Below, piece by piece: positions 25,701 to 40,700 of a stretch of 64,000 bases of DNA (position 1 is its first letter; each line of letters opens with the position of its first letter). The DNA is from Callorhinchus milii (Eukaryota). The notes beneath the pieces are model-generated. The model saw only the letters and a program-made list of their open reading frames with translations. It ran no database searches and had not been told where the DNA came from. The stretch spans positions 93,436,001-93,500,000 of the forward strand of contig NW_024704742.1 in assembly GCF_018977255.1 (NCBI RefSeq), given 5' to 3'. Both the position numbers and the translations under genes were made by a program.

Positions 25701-28700
25701 GTGGCAGCAAATTGCGCACAGCCGAGTCCCACAAACGGTCATGGATTAAGTGACCAAACTATTCTTTTTTTGAGGGATTATTATCCCCGGAAAGCCGATC
25801 CACCGATTGACTAACAACTGGGTTCCTACATACAGATGCATGTCGAGTAAGGAAACTTGCCCAACGTTTCACCCTGTAGGAAATTAAACTCAGGTCCTCT
25901 CGCTTGTGCTCTAACCACTGAGCTACAGACTCCACAAACTATAGGACTACATGAGGGGATACAATTAGCCCTGGTTCTCTCAGGGTTTGAGGAGGGTAAA
26001 ACCAGTCAGGATAACCGATCCCTGTTCAGCACCCTCGACTGGTGATGGATGTGTGTGGCAGCCAGGCAAAGAGATGTCAACTCCATCTGCTGACACCCAC
26101 TGCTAAGGGCCACATAAACAATGGCCCCAACCTTGGGCGGGATTGAGCGTAACTAACTCCTGTGGTAACGCGACACAACAAGACCAGGAGCAGAGACATG
26201 TTAGAAAAATAATTGGGCTTTAAAAATCCAAAACAAACTGCTCCCCTGAAAATGCCTTTTTTTATCAAAACAAAAAGTATTTTCATCAGAAGAATAATTC
26301 TGTGATAATCAAAAATGAAGAGTGCAAACTGGAACAAAGGGGATGGAAAATAATCATAACAAGTTAACTCCAAGTGGGTGACTAAAGTAACATTATTGAC
26401 AGTATCAAAGTGGTATGAAGTGTAATAAAGCAATAACATTCTGAAGCGTAATAAAGCAATAAAAAAGCATGGACTCTGTTGATTGATTGTCTCACCCTCC
26501 TACCTCTACCGTTCCTGCCCTCCACACCTCCTGATCCCAACCCCCAGCTCGGATCTAAATCCTTGTCTGTTCAGCAGCTTAGGACGTCTTCCCAACATGA
26601 AAGGCGCTGTACAAATGTAATTTGTTGTTGGTGGTTGATTGCTTAGAACCAGCTCTCTAGAGATCAATGCAGTTATTGCCATCCCTCGTGGGTGGCTTCA
26701 TGCCAAGTGCAGCATGTGTAACAGACATGTATGTACTCTTGTCATTGCGTTCCAGGGATGCTTCATTTGGCACTTGCACGTACAATCTAACAGTTCTGGA
26801 CTGTTTATGCGCAGTGAGCAAGGTAAGAATCCATTCTCTACTATCATTAACTGGGATTCTGTGAATATAGTGAGTAATATGGAATGAAGAAGTCTCGTGA
26901 CCGTGCACTTCATGTTTCCTCCACTGACAATTTTTTCGTCTTGTGCAATGTTCTCAATTACCAAATCAAACACATTTAAAATTTCTTCCCAGGCTTTGCA
27001 GTATGAATTCTTTGATTTCAATACATTTGATGTAGATGAATATGAACATTATGAGGTTAGTAGATTTTTCATGAATTAAGAAAGCACATTATTCAAATCA
27101 TCTTCATTCTCTGCAGTATGGTTGATTGACTGAAGTACTGTAAACCGAAATACTCTTGAGCTTTTTGCTTTTTTTTGTTGTTGCAGAGAGCAGAAAATGG
27201 AGATTTTAACTGGATAATCCCAAGGAAATTCTTAGCCTTTAGTGGGCCACATCCAAAGAGCAAAATAGAAAATGGTAGGTGGTGAAATTGGTTGATATTC
27301 AGTTTAGTGAGGAGATGTGTATTTTACCTTTTGCCAGCGTGCACCTACATTTGGATTGAGATTTGTAAATAATGATTGCAGCCGTAAGACCATTGACCAA
27401 GGCTCCATTTGGCGGGGCAAAGCCCCCAGGCCATTCCTGGTACAGGCCCTTCTTCCCCCTCAGAGACGGCTCTTAAATTTTCTTTTCTGGCACGCAGATT
27501 ACAACTATTACTAAAACTAGTAGAGGAGCTTTCTGAACTTGAAGAGTTTCAATAATGATGGAGTAGTAACATGGCAATTTCAAATAGAGTTCCTTAATTG
27601 ATGAATCTGGAACTGCATCACACCAATTCTCAGGTTTTGGTGGACTTTTGGTTCTTTGGATACGTTTAGGTAGCCTCCTCTTGGATTCCTGAATTAAGAA
27701 ATCCTGTTTGAAATTGCTGTGGTGTGCATGATTTTTTTAAAAATACTTTTTTAAATGTATACTTTGGTATTTAAATATATTTGTTCCACATCAGTTAAAT
27801 GAGAAGCCAATGTACGAAGCCAAGCGAGATAAAAAATAAATTATTAGTGCTGCACTCGACTAGTGGAGTGCTACAAGGATCAGTCCTTGGGCGTCAGCTA
27901 TTTACCATCTGCATCAACGATATTGATGTGGACATTGAAGTTAATTTATCTAAATTCGCGGATGACACAAAACTTGGAGGAAGTGTCAACCCAGAGGACG
28001 ACATTAAAAAAATGCAGCGAAACATAGATAGGATAGGTGATTAGGCAGGTAGGTGGCAGATGAAGTATAATGTAGGGAAGTGCAAAGTCATCCACCTTGG
28101 TAGCAAAAATAGTAGAGCGGGTTATTTTTTAGAAGGGGAGAGATTGGAATATGTTAGCTTCCAGAGGGACTTGGGTGTCCTTGTACACCAATCACAGTAA
28201 GTTAGTCTGCAGGGGCAGCAGCAATTAGGAAGGCGAACGGTATGTTAGTATTCATTATGAAAGGATTAGAGTATAAGAGTAGGGAAGTCTTGCTGCAACT
28301 GTATAGGGCTGTGAGACTGTGAGACCACACCTGGAATACTGTGTCCAGTTTTGGTCTCCTTATTTAAGGAAGGATATACTTGACTTGGAGGGGGTGCAGT
28401 GTAGATTTACTCGGTTAGTACCAGGGATGAAGGGGATGAGTTACGAGGATAGGTTGACCAATTTGGGCCTATATTCTCTAGAATATAGAAGAATTAGAGG
28501 GGATCTTATAGAAACCTATAAGATCATCAAAGGGCATGATAGAGTAGATAGTGGGAGATTGTTTCCCCTGGTTGGAGAAACTAAAACCAGGGGTCACAAC
28601 ATTAAAATCAGAGGCAGCCCTTTCGCACTGAGTTGAGGAAGAACTTCTTCACTCAAAGGGTGGCGAATGTATGGAACTCACTACCCCAAAGGGCTGTTGA

Positions 28701-31700
28701 CGTTCAGTCCTTGAACATATTCAAGACTGAGATAGATAGATTTCTTATTGCAAAAGGGATTAAGGGATATGGGGATAAGGCAGAGTTATGTTATTAGTTG
28801 GAGTTAGATTAGAAGATCAGCCACGATTGAATGGCGGGGCAGGCTCGAAGGGCTGAATGGCCTACTCCTGCTCCTACATGTTATGTTATGTGCACTGCAA
28901 ATCAAGCGCCTTCTTTGTTAACTCCTGGAAATTAAGTTGAGTCCTTTTGATTCATTCAACCAGGTTACCCCCTGCACGCCCCAGAGGCCTACTTTCAATA
29001 CTTCCGAAAGCACACTATCACCACGATTATTCGCTTAAACAAGAAAATGTACGATGCCAAACGGTTCACAGACGCTCGCTTTGAGCACTACGATCTCTTC
29101 TTTGTGGATGGAAGCACGCCCAATGATGCCATCGTGAAAAAGTTCTTGAACATCAGTGAAAATGCGGAAGGAGTCATTGCCATACACTGTAAAGGTATTC
29201 TCTTCAGGTGTATGTGGAAGAGTTGAAAAAACCCGCAAATGGCGTTAGCATTGGTTGTGATGGGACACCATAGGTTGCTTTTCATCAGGGTTTCCCATAT
29301 ACACCATGCGGACAACTCACAAGACCATGGCCCTGGCGTCAATGTGACATGCAGGAGTTTGCGTGCAAACACGTATCTTTCGTGGCACCAACTTTCAAAT
29401 AAATAAATAAATCCTTACATTTGATAATGGAGGCCTTTCATGTCAGGAGGACGTCTCAAAGCACTTCACAGGATTTACAGTAAATTGTGGCAACTGTATA
29501 TTTTGTAGATGAACAAGGCAGCCAATTTGTGGACAGCAGTGTATTGCAAACTGCTGTGAGGCTGTGAAAATATTTTGGTTTAGAAGGAAAATGACTTCGT
29601 TCTTTTTGCAATGTTACAGCCGGTCTTGGCCGAACGGGCACTTTAATAGCCTGTTATATCATGAAGCACTACAAGCTGACAGCAGCAGAGGCCATTGCCT
29701 GGATCAGAATCTGTAGGCCAGGGTCTGTAATAGGACCTCAACAGCACTTTTTGGAAGAGTGAGTATTATAATTTTCCTACTTTCCAGATGCGAAAATATT
29801 TATTTAAAAAAACCTGCTTTAAATACACTTACTCAAGTGTACTTGTGGCTTTCTAATTGTACAATCATGGCCTTTAATGCATGTGCTCAATTTTCCAACC
29901 TCTACTTCCAACAGCAGTGTTATTTATGCGCTTACATTTTATTGTTGTGTTGAGCAGGAAACAAGCTAGTATGTGGGCACAAGGCGATCTTTTCCGTGCC
30001 AAGCTAAAGGAACAGCAGAATGGAAAGGACAAGGTTGGGGTTACAAGGATTCTGTCAGGGGTTGATGATATTTCCATTAATGATAATAAGACAAATGACA
30101 AACCAGAAAATCACATGGTAAGCGATCACTTGATATCCTTAATTCATCCAAAATCATATCATCCAATACTCAGATGTTGCTAATCTGGTTCAATTTCATT
30201 ACATAGAGTACTGCTCTGCGATTAACACCCGACAACAGCCTCCTACACTATTTACGCTGCACCATCGAGCTTGTAGGAAGCTAGAGGTCTCTCATTGTGC
30301 CTTGCAAAATGTGATTGAAATTGTTATAGATAAGTTTATTGGTTTTGTCAAATAATCTGAGCACAGATGCACATTTTGAATGTTTTTTCCGTAAAATGGT
30401 CTATTATTGTTATTTATGATTATTATTAATATTTTAATATATTATTTAATCATAATTAAATGCTGTGTGCAATTGGCAGCCACGTCTCACCCACAAATAT
30501 ACAGTCAATATACTTTAGAGTATATTCTGTGAAGCGCTTTGAGACGTCTAGAAGATGTGAAGAGCGCTATATCAAATACAAGGATTATTATAAGAAGAAT
30601 AACATTCATGCATTTGATATAGCATCTTTCACATCGGGAAGACTTCTCAAAGTACTTCAGATGATTTGCTGTGAAATGCAGTGACCGTATTTTGTAGGCA
30701 AACACAGCACATATTTTGCACATGGCACTGCCCCACAAATAGCTAAGCAGTGAATGACAGCTTTTATTTGGAGGATTGTTGGCCAGGGCCCCGAGAGAAA
30801 TTCACTTCTCATTCACAATACCTCAACACAAAGATGGCACCGTTGACATTGCACTCCACCCCCAGCAATGCATTGGAGTGTTAGCTGAGATTATCTGAGT
30901 TTATAGACTAGACTGACATTCCAGTGCATTGCTGGGATAGTTCTGTATTGAGGTGTCATTCCTTGGATGAGAAGTTAAACTGAAGTCTCTTCAGATGGAT
31001 GTTAAAGATCCTGTGGCTCTTTTTGAAAAGAGACAGTAGTTTGTGGCTGCTTCAGACTTGTATGTATATTTGGTGTGATCCTCTGTAGGTGATCCAGTAT
31101 ATTTCACAGTATGTCTGTATGTTCTAATCAGTTTCTTTTCTTCACCCTCAGTATAATGATGATCACTATCCTAATAAAAACGAGATGACCCAAGGAGATA
31201 AACTTCGAGCCTTGAAGAGCAAAAGACAAGCTAGAGCCGCGACTACCGGTTCAATTAAGTGAGTAACGCTGCGAAACCTTAACAAAAACTATACTTTTTT
31301 TAAAAAAAGCTGTATGTTATTTGTGGTGAACGTTTGTTCTTTTAAACACACAAAATGGAAATGCTGAGGAGCTGAACACATTTTCCACTTTATTCACCGT
31401 CGAGCCAGGGCACGTTAAGGACAGTCACCTGTAAAGACAGCTTTCTCTGCGCTCCCCTTCCAATACAACAACAACAACAACTTGCATTTATATAGTACCC
31501 TTCACGCAGGGTTTGGTCCCGGAGCGCTTGACATTGGCGGAGTCTGACAATGAGGGAGCGGGGGTGACTGTAAGCATGATCAAAAAGGAAGGTCTTTAGA
31601 TGGGATTTGAAGGTGGGGAGGGAGGGGCAAAGTGGAGGGATTGAGGGAGATAGTTCCAGAGTTGCAGAGCATAGTGGCTGAAGGCATGGCCACCAAACAG

Positions 31701-34700
31701 GAAGCCAGAGCCAGCCTAGCGGAGGCAGCGGAAGTATATTTGGATTTCATCCGCATTCATGTGGAATGTAACCCCATGTTTGTGGATGACATCGCCAAGA
31801 GGGAGCATGGAGATGAGGAAAAGAAGTGGGACCTGGAATGGAGCCCCGGGGGAGGGCGGATGGAGAAATGATTTGCCGAGATGTATTGTTGGCGGTTTGT
31901 TAAGTAGGATTCAACCCATGCGAGTGCATTCCCACTAAGGTGGATGAGGGAGGAGAGGCAGTGGAGCAAGATGGCGAGATTGACTGTGTCGAATATGGCG
32001 AAGAGATCCACGAAGATGAGGAGGCAGATGGAGCCCTGGTCACAGATAGAGGGAATGTCGTTTGTGACTTTGACAAGTGCTGTCTCTGTGCTGTGGGTTG
32101 GGTGAAAACCAGACTGGAGGGGTTTGAGTGGAGGGAGGGGTGTGAGCAAAGTTAATTTGCAACGAGGCGTTCCAAGACTTTGGCCAGGAAGGCCAGGCTC
32201 CAGTCTGATTGTGGATCAGGCCCAGAGCAGGGAAATAAATAATTTCAGTCTCCATTATGCTACCTGCACTGAGTTTCCTCTTCCCCTTCCTCACTGAGAT
32301 GACAAATTGCGCTAACCACAGCTGACATTGCTGCATTAACCACAGAACTTGCACAACGCCATTTCTGTGAAAGGAAATATGAAATGTTAATGATAATCTT
32401 CAGGTATTTTCTTTGTCTTCGATGCTGTCGATAAGTAGGAACCAAAGCCCCCGCCCCCCTCGCTTGTGTGTTAATATAGCAATACATAATACATACTAGA
32501 ACTGATTGCGTTGGGTTTTGAGTGACTGTTTTGGGATTAGTTAGTCCTCGGATTCCCAGAGTGGCTTGCTGTGTCACAGTGGCATTGGATAAGCTTGAGT
32601 AAGCACTGAAGGTCTGACATGAATTTATTCTAACAGTTGCAAGAACCATTTGGATAACATGAAATATGCAAGTCCCAGACACCTCAGGTGTAATTTGTTG
32701 TTTTTTTTCTTGATTGAATGGTTTCTGTGAGGGAGAAGCTAAAGTGATCTCCCTCGCAACTGTCCTGCTGGCTATAGTTTCATGAGCACTGAGTGTACTC
32801 AGCCGTGCTTTTTATTTGTGAGTTCTTGATGGTAAGCGTTAGTATGTTTGACCATGGTAGTTTGCTGTGGGTAACATAGTGGAGCCTGATCCTATCCTCA
32901 CCCAGCATCTACAAACACACTTCTCCAAGCAGCATGACCAGAGCAGGTTCCCCACATCCCCAAGATTTGATTTGCTGCCCAAGCTAAGATCCGTACAGAC
33001 CTGCTGTCACAGACCAGGGATTAAGCATGGGCCTGTGTGACTTTTGTTGCTGGCTAAAAAANTAAACCTCACCCAGCAATCGGCTGAGCAGCGCTGTTGT
33101 TTTGAATCGGGATTCCAAAATGGCCATGGGGATAGAAAAAGTGGATGTCGGGAAAACGGCAGTGCAAAGCTTTCCTTAGGATGTCAAGTCAAGCCTCCTG
33201 CAGTGAACTCCACATACTGAGCTCTGAGACCTGAGCTTTGACCTGACATCTCCTCCGGGCTGAGGTTTGCCAGTAGACGTTGGGCAATGACAAAAAAGTA
33301 AAATGGACATGGCCAGAATTATTTTTCAAACTCAGCTCTTGAGATTCATTTACAATTAATCCCTTTCTCTAAGCATCAGTACGAGTTGCCATTCTTGCTT
33401 AAAATATGTGGTGTTTTTCCCTTATCGCGCGCCACATCCTTCCCCTATCACGCACCATATCGGCCCCCTTCCTCCTCTCAGTGAGATGCTTGAGTACATT
33501 AACAGGAGAAATAGGCGTATTTAATGGTGCAGCATTCAACCAAAATAGCACTTTACATTTTATTTGAGTGGGTGAACAGGTGGAGAAAAGATTTATAGCT
33601 TGATTTGCAATAAATGCTTTGGACGCCATACAGAATTGAACCGAAGTTTGGAGACGCTGCTGGCCAGCAAACAATGTGGTTGCTAAGGTGTGGTTCAACT
33701 ATGGGAATAAACAACCTTAATCTGCAGACTGTGTGTGTGTGTGTGTTTCAAAAGTATCCAATTATTCTGAAGATTTTGGCACTGGAATTTCTAGTTATGG
33801 TGATGTCAGTGTGTGACTTCCAAGTTCTTTCTGCTCTTTCCAAGTTCCAGCTATTCAAAGTGCTCTTTATCTGTTCTCCCCCGCGGTGACGTTGCTGCCT
33901 TTAAGAAGGCAGCCAGTAGACCATTGAGAGGCAGGACTGGTGCAGTGACCAGTGAGGCTCAGCAGTTGATCAACAGTGGCTGCTGTCATGAAGCTTGGAG
34001 TGAAATCAGGTGTTTGTTTTTGTCTTGCTCACCATTTCCATCCCAGCTGAAAACATACTTTCTGTCTGTTTGTTCATGTCTTGTGGTCTTGGTTCTGTGA
34101 ATCCCAACAAACATACACAGAGGTACTCTTATCTTTTCACTTGGTCCTTTCCTGCACCTTCTCTCTGAGCGAGAACTTCTCCATAGTTAATGTTTCTATG
34201 ATTATAGTCTCTGCATTAATAACACTGCGAGGATTTGCTCCATACGGGGGCTGCTCCATACGGCATTCCCATTGAAGCCCTTGCGGAGTACATTCTCATT
34301 GATGATGGGGGATTCTAGATTCTGAGGAAACTTGTTTTAAATGAATAATACTCTATATTGATAGTTCATAATCCTACCAGACACATTTTATAAATATGTG
34401 TGTGTAATATATATAATGTATATATAATATATATGGAAGTTTAGTTTACATTTTTAAAATGAAATGCTCTAGGCTTAAGCAGATGAGGAAAATCAGTGCT
34501 AAGGAATGACATTTTTAAGTTTAGTCTAAGAAGAGTACTTTCCTGCTGTTCCATAATAACTGACTGGTAAAGTTTGAGTGCACCCATTAGTTTAGTGTCA
34601 TTTGGAGATTGAATAGAGACTGTTATTTTTCAATTCTTGGTTAATTTCAAGACTATCAGAACTTTTTCTTGTTTTAAATTAAATTTCTATGAGTGAGATA

Positions 34701-37700
34701 CATCCTTAGCATTAGCAATCCAAAATCTATGTTCCAGAGGAGTGAAAGTGTAATTAGTATATGTTGTCCATTCACTCCTCCCCAAACTAAAGGATAGTGT
34801 AGATCATTCACAGAGGTGAAAGGGGAGTGTATATCACTCACTCGCAGAAGTGAAAGACAGAATGTATGCATCACTTATTCAATCTTCCCAGAGGTAATGT
34901 TCAATTATAAATGGTTGAGGTTTAAATTGCGCATGTTTAAAACTTGCATGTTTCGCAATGCAGATGAACTTTGAGATAATCCTGTGCTTGAAATATTCAC
35001 CTTCATTATGAAAGTGTTTAAATCTACCATAAACTTATTTTTCTAAATGTGTATTTATGCTATGTTCTATGCCTTTATTTTGGCTGCCATTGATTTCTGT
35101 GTTTGTTTGCGAAGATCTGACTCATGAGCATGTAAATAATGTGTTCTGCAACTGATAGATTTCAGTTTGAATCACATGAACCTGTAATACAAAGGAAAAA
35201 ATGTATGTTTTAATAAAGAAATCAAATAACCATGTATTAAAAGAAGCAAAAATGGTTTGTATAATGATAAACTGTGGTGTTGTACTGTATGTTGGCCTGC
35301 AAGTAACTATGTATCCCAGATATTCAAAAATCAATATTTAATATTGAAATTCTCAGTTTGCATTCCCCCAACCCAACAATCTCTACCTGTGAATTACTCT
35401 GGGCCCCCAAAACTCTCCTTACGTGAGGAGAGGAGTCTGGCCATGGCCTCCCCTGTGACTGGACAACTAGTGATGCATTTCAGTGAAGTGAGCCAAACCG
35501 AACCAAACTCTCTTGACTGTCTATTATCCAGTGAACTGACCAGCTGTGCCTGGGATTCTGACCTGCAGCTCTGATGGCTCGTGCTGGATTGTGCCTTTTT
35601 TGACCTCCGAAAAATAGATGTGTTAGTAATTTACATGTATTGATGTGAATTAGCTATCTGCAGCTTTAGGTGTTAATTGGAATTTTTTTAAAACCTACTT
35701 TATACTTAGAAGTACGGGATTCTCCCCCCCCCCCCCCCCCACCACACACACACACACTTTATTTTTGTTTCCATGTGTTTTGAGCGATATTATGAATTTG
35801 AGAAAGCAAAGTGAATGTGAAAAATGTAATGCCACTTTGGGAAGTAATTCAGCTAAATTTATGAAATCCGTTGCCCACACTACTTGAATCTCATGATGCA
35901 GATATAATTTGTTCTACAGTATGAGGAGAAAACCGTATTTCTTACTCTGTCTTCCTACAAGAACTTCGTACTGTGCTTGCTTCAAGTGACAATCCCCCAC
36001 TCTACTGTTATAAGACCTTGCTCTGCACCTTTCCTGTAAGTCTGCTTTCTCCTTCCACCAGGAAAAAAANGTTTAGTATATATCGGGCTTTTATATTGGA
36101 TGTAATTATCTATCAAAAGCCTTTTTTCGCTCACAAAGTGTTGTAGTGACTTTTTCAGTTAAATTGCTTTTTGTAAAGATTCATAATCTTGCACAAAGTC
36201 ACTGATACTTTAATCAATCAGCCTTTTGCAGCTTGGTTGGTGTCTAATCATTAACATGTCCATTAAGGTAACACTTGTTACTATCTATACGGGGTGTGGT
36301 TTGGTTGGTACCTGAAACATTGAGGTTTGACTTGGTTTTCTGCCGAGTTTTGGTATTTGTTTATTGGGTGTAGATTGGTTGGTACCTATCCTTCGAGGTT
36401 TTAGCTTGGTTGCTTCCTGTCAAAAGATAGCATCAACTGCCAGTCAGTTCTAGTGCCCTTGATTCCTGTGATACCTTTCTTACTCCATTGTTGGATTTTA
36501 TTAAGCATAAAGGTTTGATGCAACTTACTTGTTGGCCATAACTATATTGAAGCTAGATTGCTGCAGATCTAGAGAGATCTTCAGTTCCAATTTTGCAGAA
36601 GTGCTCTTTTTTTTAGTCACCAAGTAAGCAGTGTTTCCAGCAATGCCAAAAGGAAGGTACAGACTGAGCCACGTTCTGCATTGAGTTGTATAGTTGTGGG
36701 CACATAATTGGGTCCTACAATAAAACACCTATCCTAACAACAAAAATAAGATTACATTTGTATAGCGCCTCTCACGTCGGGAGGATGTCCCATGGCGCTG
36801 GACAGTGTTTTCAGCATTTCAGACCTGAGCTGGGGTCAGGGAGGAAGAAGGGAGTGGGTATATAATATATAAGGGAGTAACATAGCTTCATAGCCAAACA
36901 TAGTGGTTGAGTAATATGACTTTCCCTAAAGTATTGTCAGAAACAAAGTTGTAACAATGTAGGTGGACAACAGTATTACTAAGATTTGATAAATCAATAA
37001 AGCAGGTTGGAGCTCAGTCCCCAGTGCTTTGCTTCAACATCATATAAACTTGGCATGGATATCAAGGCAATTCACAGGAATTGAGCTGTGTTGCAATTGC
37101 AAAACAAAGCAGTGGATTCCATCAACAGCGACCAGGTTTTGGGCATCTATTTAGAAAGAGGAACTGGTTTTCAGCGGGTGGGCCCCAGTGATCAGCCATG
37201 TGGACACTTCTCATATAGAGGCTGTTGGAATTTTGTTGGAGGTTCCTACAGGACACTGGCTCTTGTCTGGGGTGATTTCTGCACATGTGTTCCCATGTTC
37301 AATCTGAATGGTTATGTTGCTGAATCTCGTTTCATTTAATGTGTTAAAGGATTCCATCTCATATTGTCTAGTTTTATGGTCTGCAAATTCTCTCTGAATT
37401 CCGTTTGTGTCAGTAAATCTTGGTGTTGATGTTTGGCTCACCTCACATTTGTAATAATCCTTGCATTTGGTGTAGTGCCTTTCAAGTCAGGAGAATGTCC
37501 CAAAGCACTCTACATGATTTACAGTAAGTGTAGTGACTGTATTGTGCAGGCAAATGTGGCATCTATGGCACACAGCAATGTCCCACAAACAGCCATGAAA
37601 TGATTGACCAATTTTATTGTGGGGATTGTTGGCTAGGACACAGGGAGAAACTTCCTTCTTTACTTCAATAGTGTCGTGGAATCTTTAACATCCACCTGAA

Positions 37701-40700
37701 CAGGCAGGTGGCACCTCGGTTTACCATCTCATCCAAAGGATGACACTTCTGACAATGCAAACCCCTTCGCCCACCCCCCCAGCACTGCACTGTAGTGTCC
37801 GCTTAGCACTTGGAGTATGTGGGCTCACGTCCTGACATGGGGCTTCAACCCACAATCTTCTGACTCAGAAGTGAGAGTGCTACCATTGAACCATGCTGAC
37901 ACATATACATGACACATTTCTTTTATTGCTGAGAAATTTAATTAAGTCTGTTACTAAACCAGATTAGGAAGTAGACTCTCTCTGGCTATGTTGCTCCCTC
38001 TGGAGGTTGGGATTACTGAGTTTGCTCAGTGAACTCTTGGTCAACATGTAGAAGGTTCTCCTTGAGGACTGAGACTATTGTCTGGAGCAGCTTATGTGCT
38101 TTTGCTTTGCTCTTTAGGAATCCAGAACCTTTAAAATTAGAGCTAAGCTGTTGAAAGGGGGTTCACAAAAATGTTCTTGATAAGAGGTTTGTAAGAATAT
38201 GGAATGGATTGCTTCAGATGTGCCAGAGATATAGAGTTCATTGACTATTTCAAGATGTAGATAAATAGTTTGTAAGTAGGGGTATTAGATGTGGAGAAAA
38301 GATGGGAAGATTGAATTAAAGGAATTAATAGTGGAGCTTCACAGGCTAAATGGCCTATTTTGTTCCAGTATTTCTATTTATGAAGTTTGGGTAAATGCGC
38401 AAGAACACTATCTTAAGTATGGCCTTGTTAATTTCTTCAAATTAAGTCAAAACTTTTTATTTCAAAGCCCTCCATGACTTTGCTCCTTCCTTCCTCTGTG
38501 ACCCACTAACTCGATACCGACCTGCCACTCCCTCCATTCAGCGGGCTCTGGCCTGCTCCATGTCCCCCATTCTACCCATCTTAAAACCCTCATCCTCCAA
38601 CCCCTACCCTCCCCGCCTCCACCCCTCATGATCCCAACCCCCTGCTCGGGTCTAAATCCTTGACTGTTCAGCACCTTGGGATGTGAAAGGTGCTATACAA
38701 ATGTAATTTGTTGTTGGTGTTGTTATTTGACCTGGTGTAGTTTTGAGTTGTATATTTCCACCCTCTCACTGTTGCTTGGGATATTGGTGCTATTCCCTCA
38801 AGCTAAGCTCTCATATACTGCAGAGTGGAGGAAGGTCACCTGTACTAAACAATGTGCAGCATTTAGCCCCTCACATTTCCTCCTGTGGAATGATGGATAA
38901 TCCTCTTTGTATGTGGAGATTGAAATTAAAGGAATGAACACAAATATACAAAAGGTAATCTAAGATTTTGTACTGTGCTATAGATATGAATGAGTCTTTA
39001 GATGTTTGCATGGCACCTTGCTTGCATTGTTGTTCCAAAAAATAGCTTTGCAGGAGTTACTTTGCCAATGTGCATTTTAGCTCAAATGTTCTGCTCTTCC
39101 ATTTGCATTTTTTTGTTCATCTTTTTTCCTCTTCTAGATGGCTCCTAGCTATGCTGGTCTCTACACTGTGTAGCATTGTCATCTGGTGGATGGTTTGTGC
39201 CTACCCTTCTCCCATCCTGCTAATCTGTCTAGATGGGTTAGGAAACTAGTAACCTTCAGGACCCGGGCAGGTAGCGCTGTAAGTGTGCCACTTCCATTTC
39301 TTTTTCAAACACTACTCACTCGGCTGTGCATTGCACTTTCCAAATCTCTGTCAGTGCATGCTTTACTAATAACTTCTACTGGCTATTTCTTAAAATCAAA
39401 AGGGAGGGGTACACCACAAATGATTTTCTTTAATTTGTGATGCTTTTAAAGACCTATTGTTTATTGTATAATCAGTGTTTAAAATGGCTTTTTAATCAAG
39501 CTTCTCTCACGGAAAATAACTTTTTTCATGATGGGGATTGAGTGAAGATGCAACTAACATTAAAATTTTGCATTGAATTTCGGAATGTGCATGTTTTTTT
39601 CTGTTTCCATTCCCCATCCTAACCTGGTCATCCTGCATCCCACAAACTGTGTAGATATACAATGCTTTTACATTTAATGTTACCCATCGCTGCTTTTTTC
39701 CGTCATAACGGTTGTTCCCTTGTAACTTGGGCTTTTTTCGTTAAATTGTGCTTAGCTGCATGACAAAGCTGGGGAGGGGGTAGTAATTCCACATGACTTC
39801 AGATCCAGCATTGATTTTTTTTAATGTAACAAATGCAACTCGATCAATTGGCTGCTGAAACACAGACAGGTCTCAGCGTAAAGTTAAGCATGAGGCCAGC
39901 TAAAGCTTTTAAAAATAGCTTTGGAACTGAGTGTTAGCATGCATGACTGTTTCTAAGCCTGTTACTTAATAACTTGTGCTGGGCAGACCCAATTCACAGA
40001 GCGCACTTCTTGTTTGTCTGTAATACTCCTATTCTTTTTTAGGTATCTGTGTTTGGATGTGGCACCCTTACTGAGTACACCATATGTATCCGGATTTGAT
40101 TTTAAATGAAGCCGGTTGTTTGTGTGTTTCTGTTTTGCTGCTGATTTTATGAGGGTTGTTCGTGTTTCTGTTTGTGAGGAAGCAGTGGTATTTGGGGAAA
40201 GTGAATGTAAATTAGGTTAAAGTTAGGAGGCATAAGCCATGTGATTGAAGATTGTGTGGGCAAAACCGAGAAAGGAAGCATATGCCATAATAACATGAAA
40301 TTACTTTCTGTGTTTCTTACCCTACAGTGTTCTGACCTGGATGGCCATTGCAGTATACAGATATATACCCTACCTTAATCATTTAAAAATATATACAGCA
40401 ATGTCTTGGTTTCTTAATCAAACCCACTTCTGGTTAGCAACTCCCACTTGCATCCCAGTGTAAAATGCCTCCTTCCTCACGGATGGCATATTGCTTCCCC
40501 AAATGTTTATTGGAACTGGTTTCAAATGTAGCCCAGAGAGCTGGGAGGAAATTCTCTTCTGTCTGTTGACTGTGAGGGACCCGTGTGAAATTCCCCCTGG
40601 CTGTCTCAACCCAGTTCTAATTCGAACATGGGCTCGCAGCATAAAACTGCTCTAAAATTGGTAATATTTAACTTGGGAGCCCTTGTTTTTGCTGGTGTGG

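Noticed and set aside
40043..40109. Possible extra terminal exon ([22 protein letters not shown])
   Set aside because: Good polypyrimidine acceptor but no recognisable homology; it could lie in the TM-isoform UTR.
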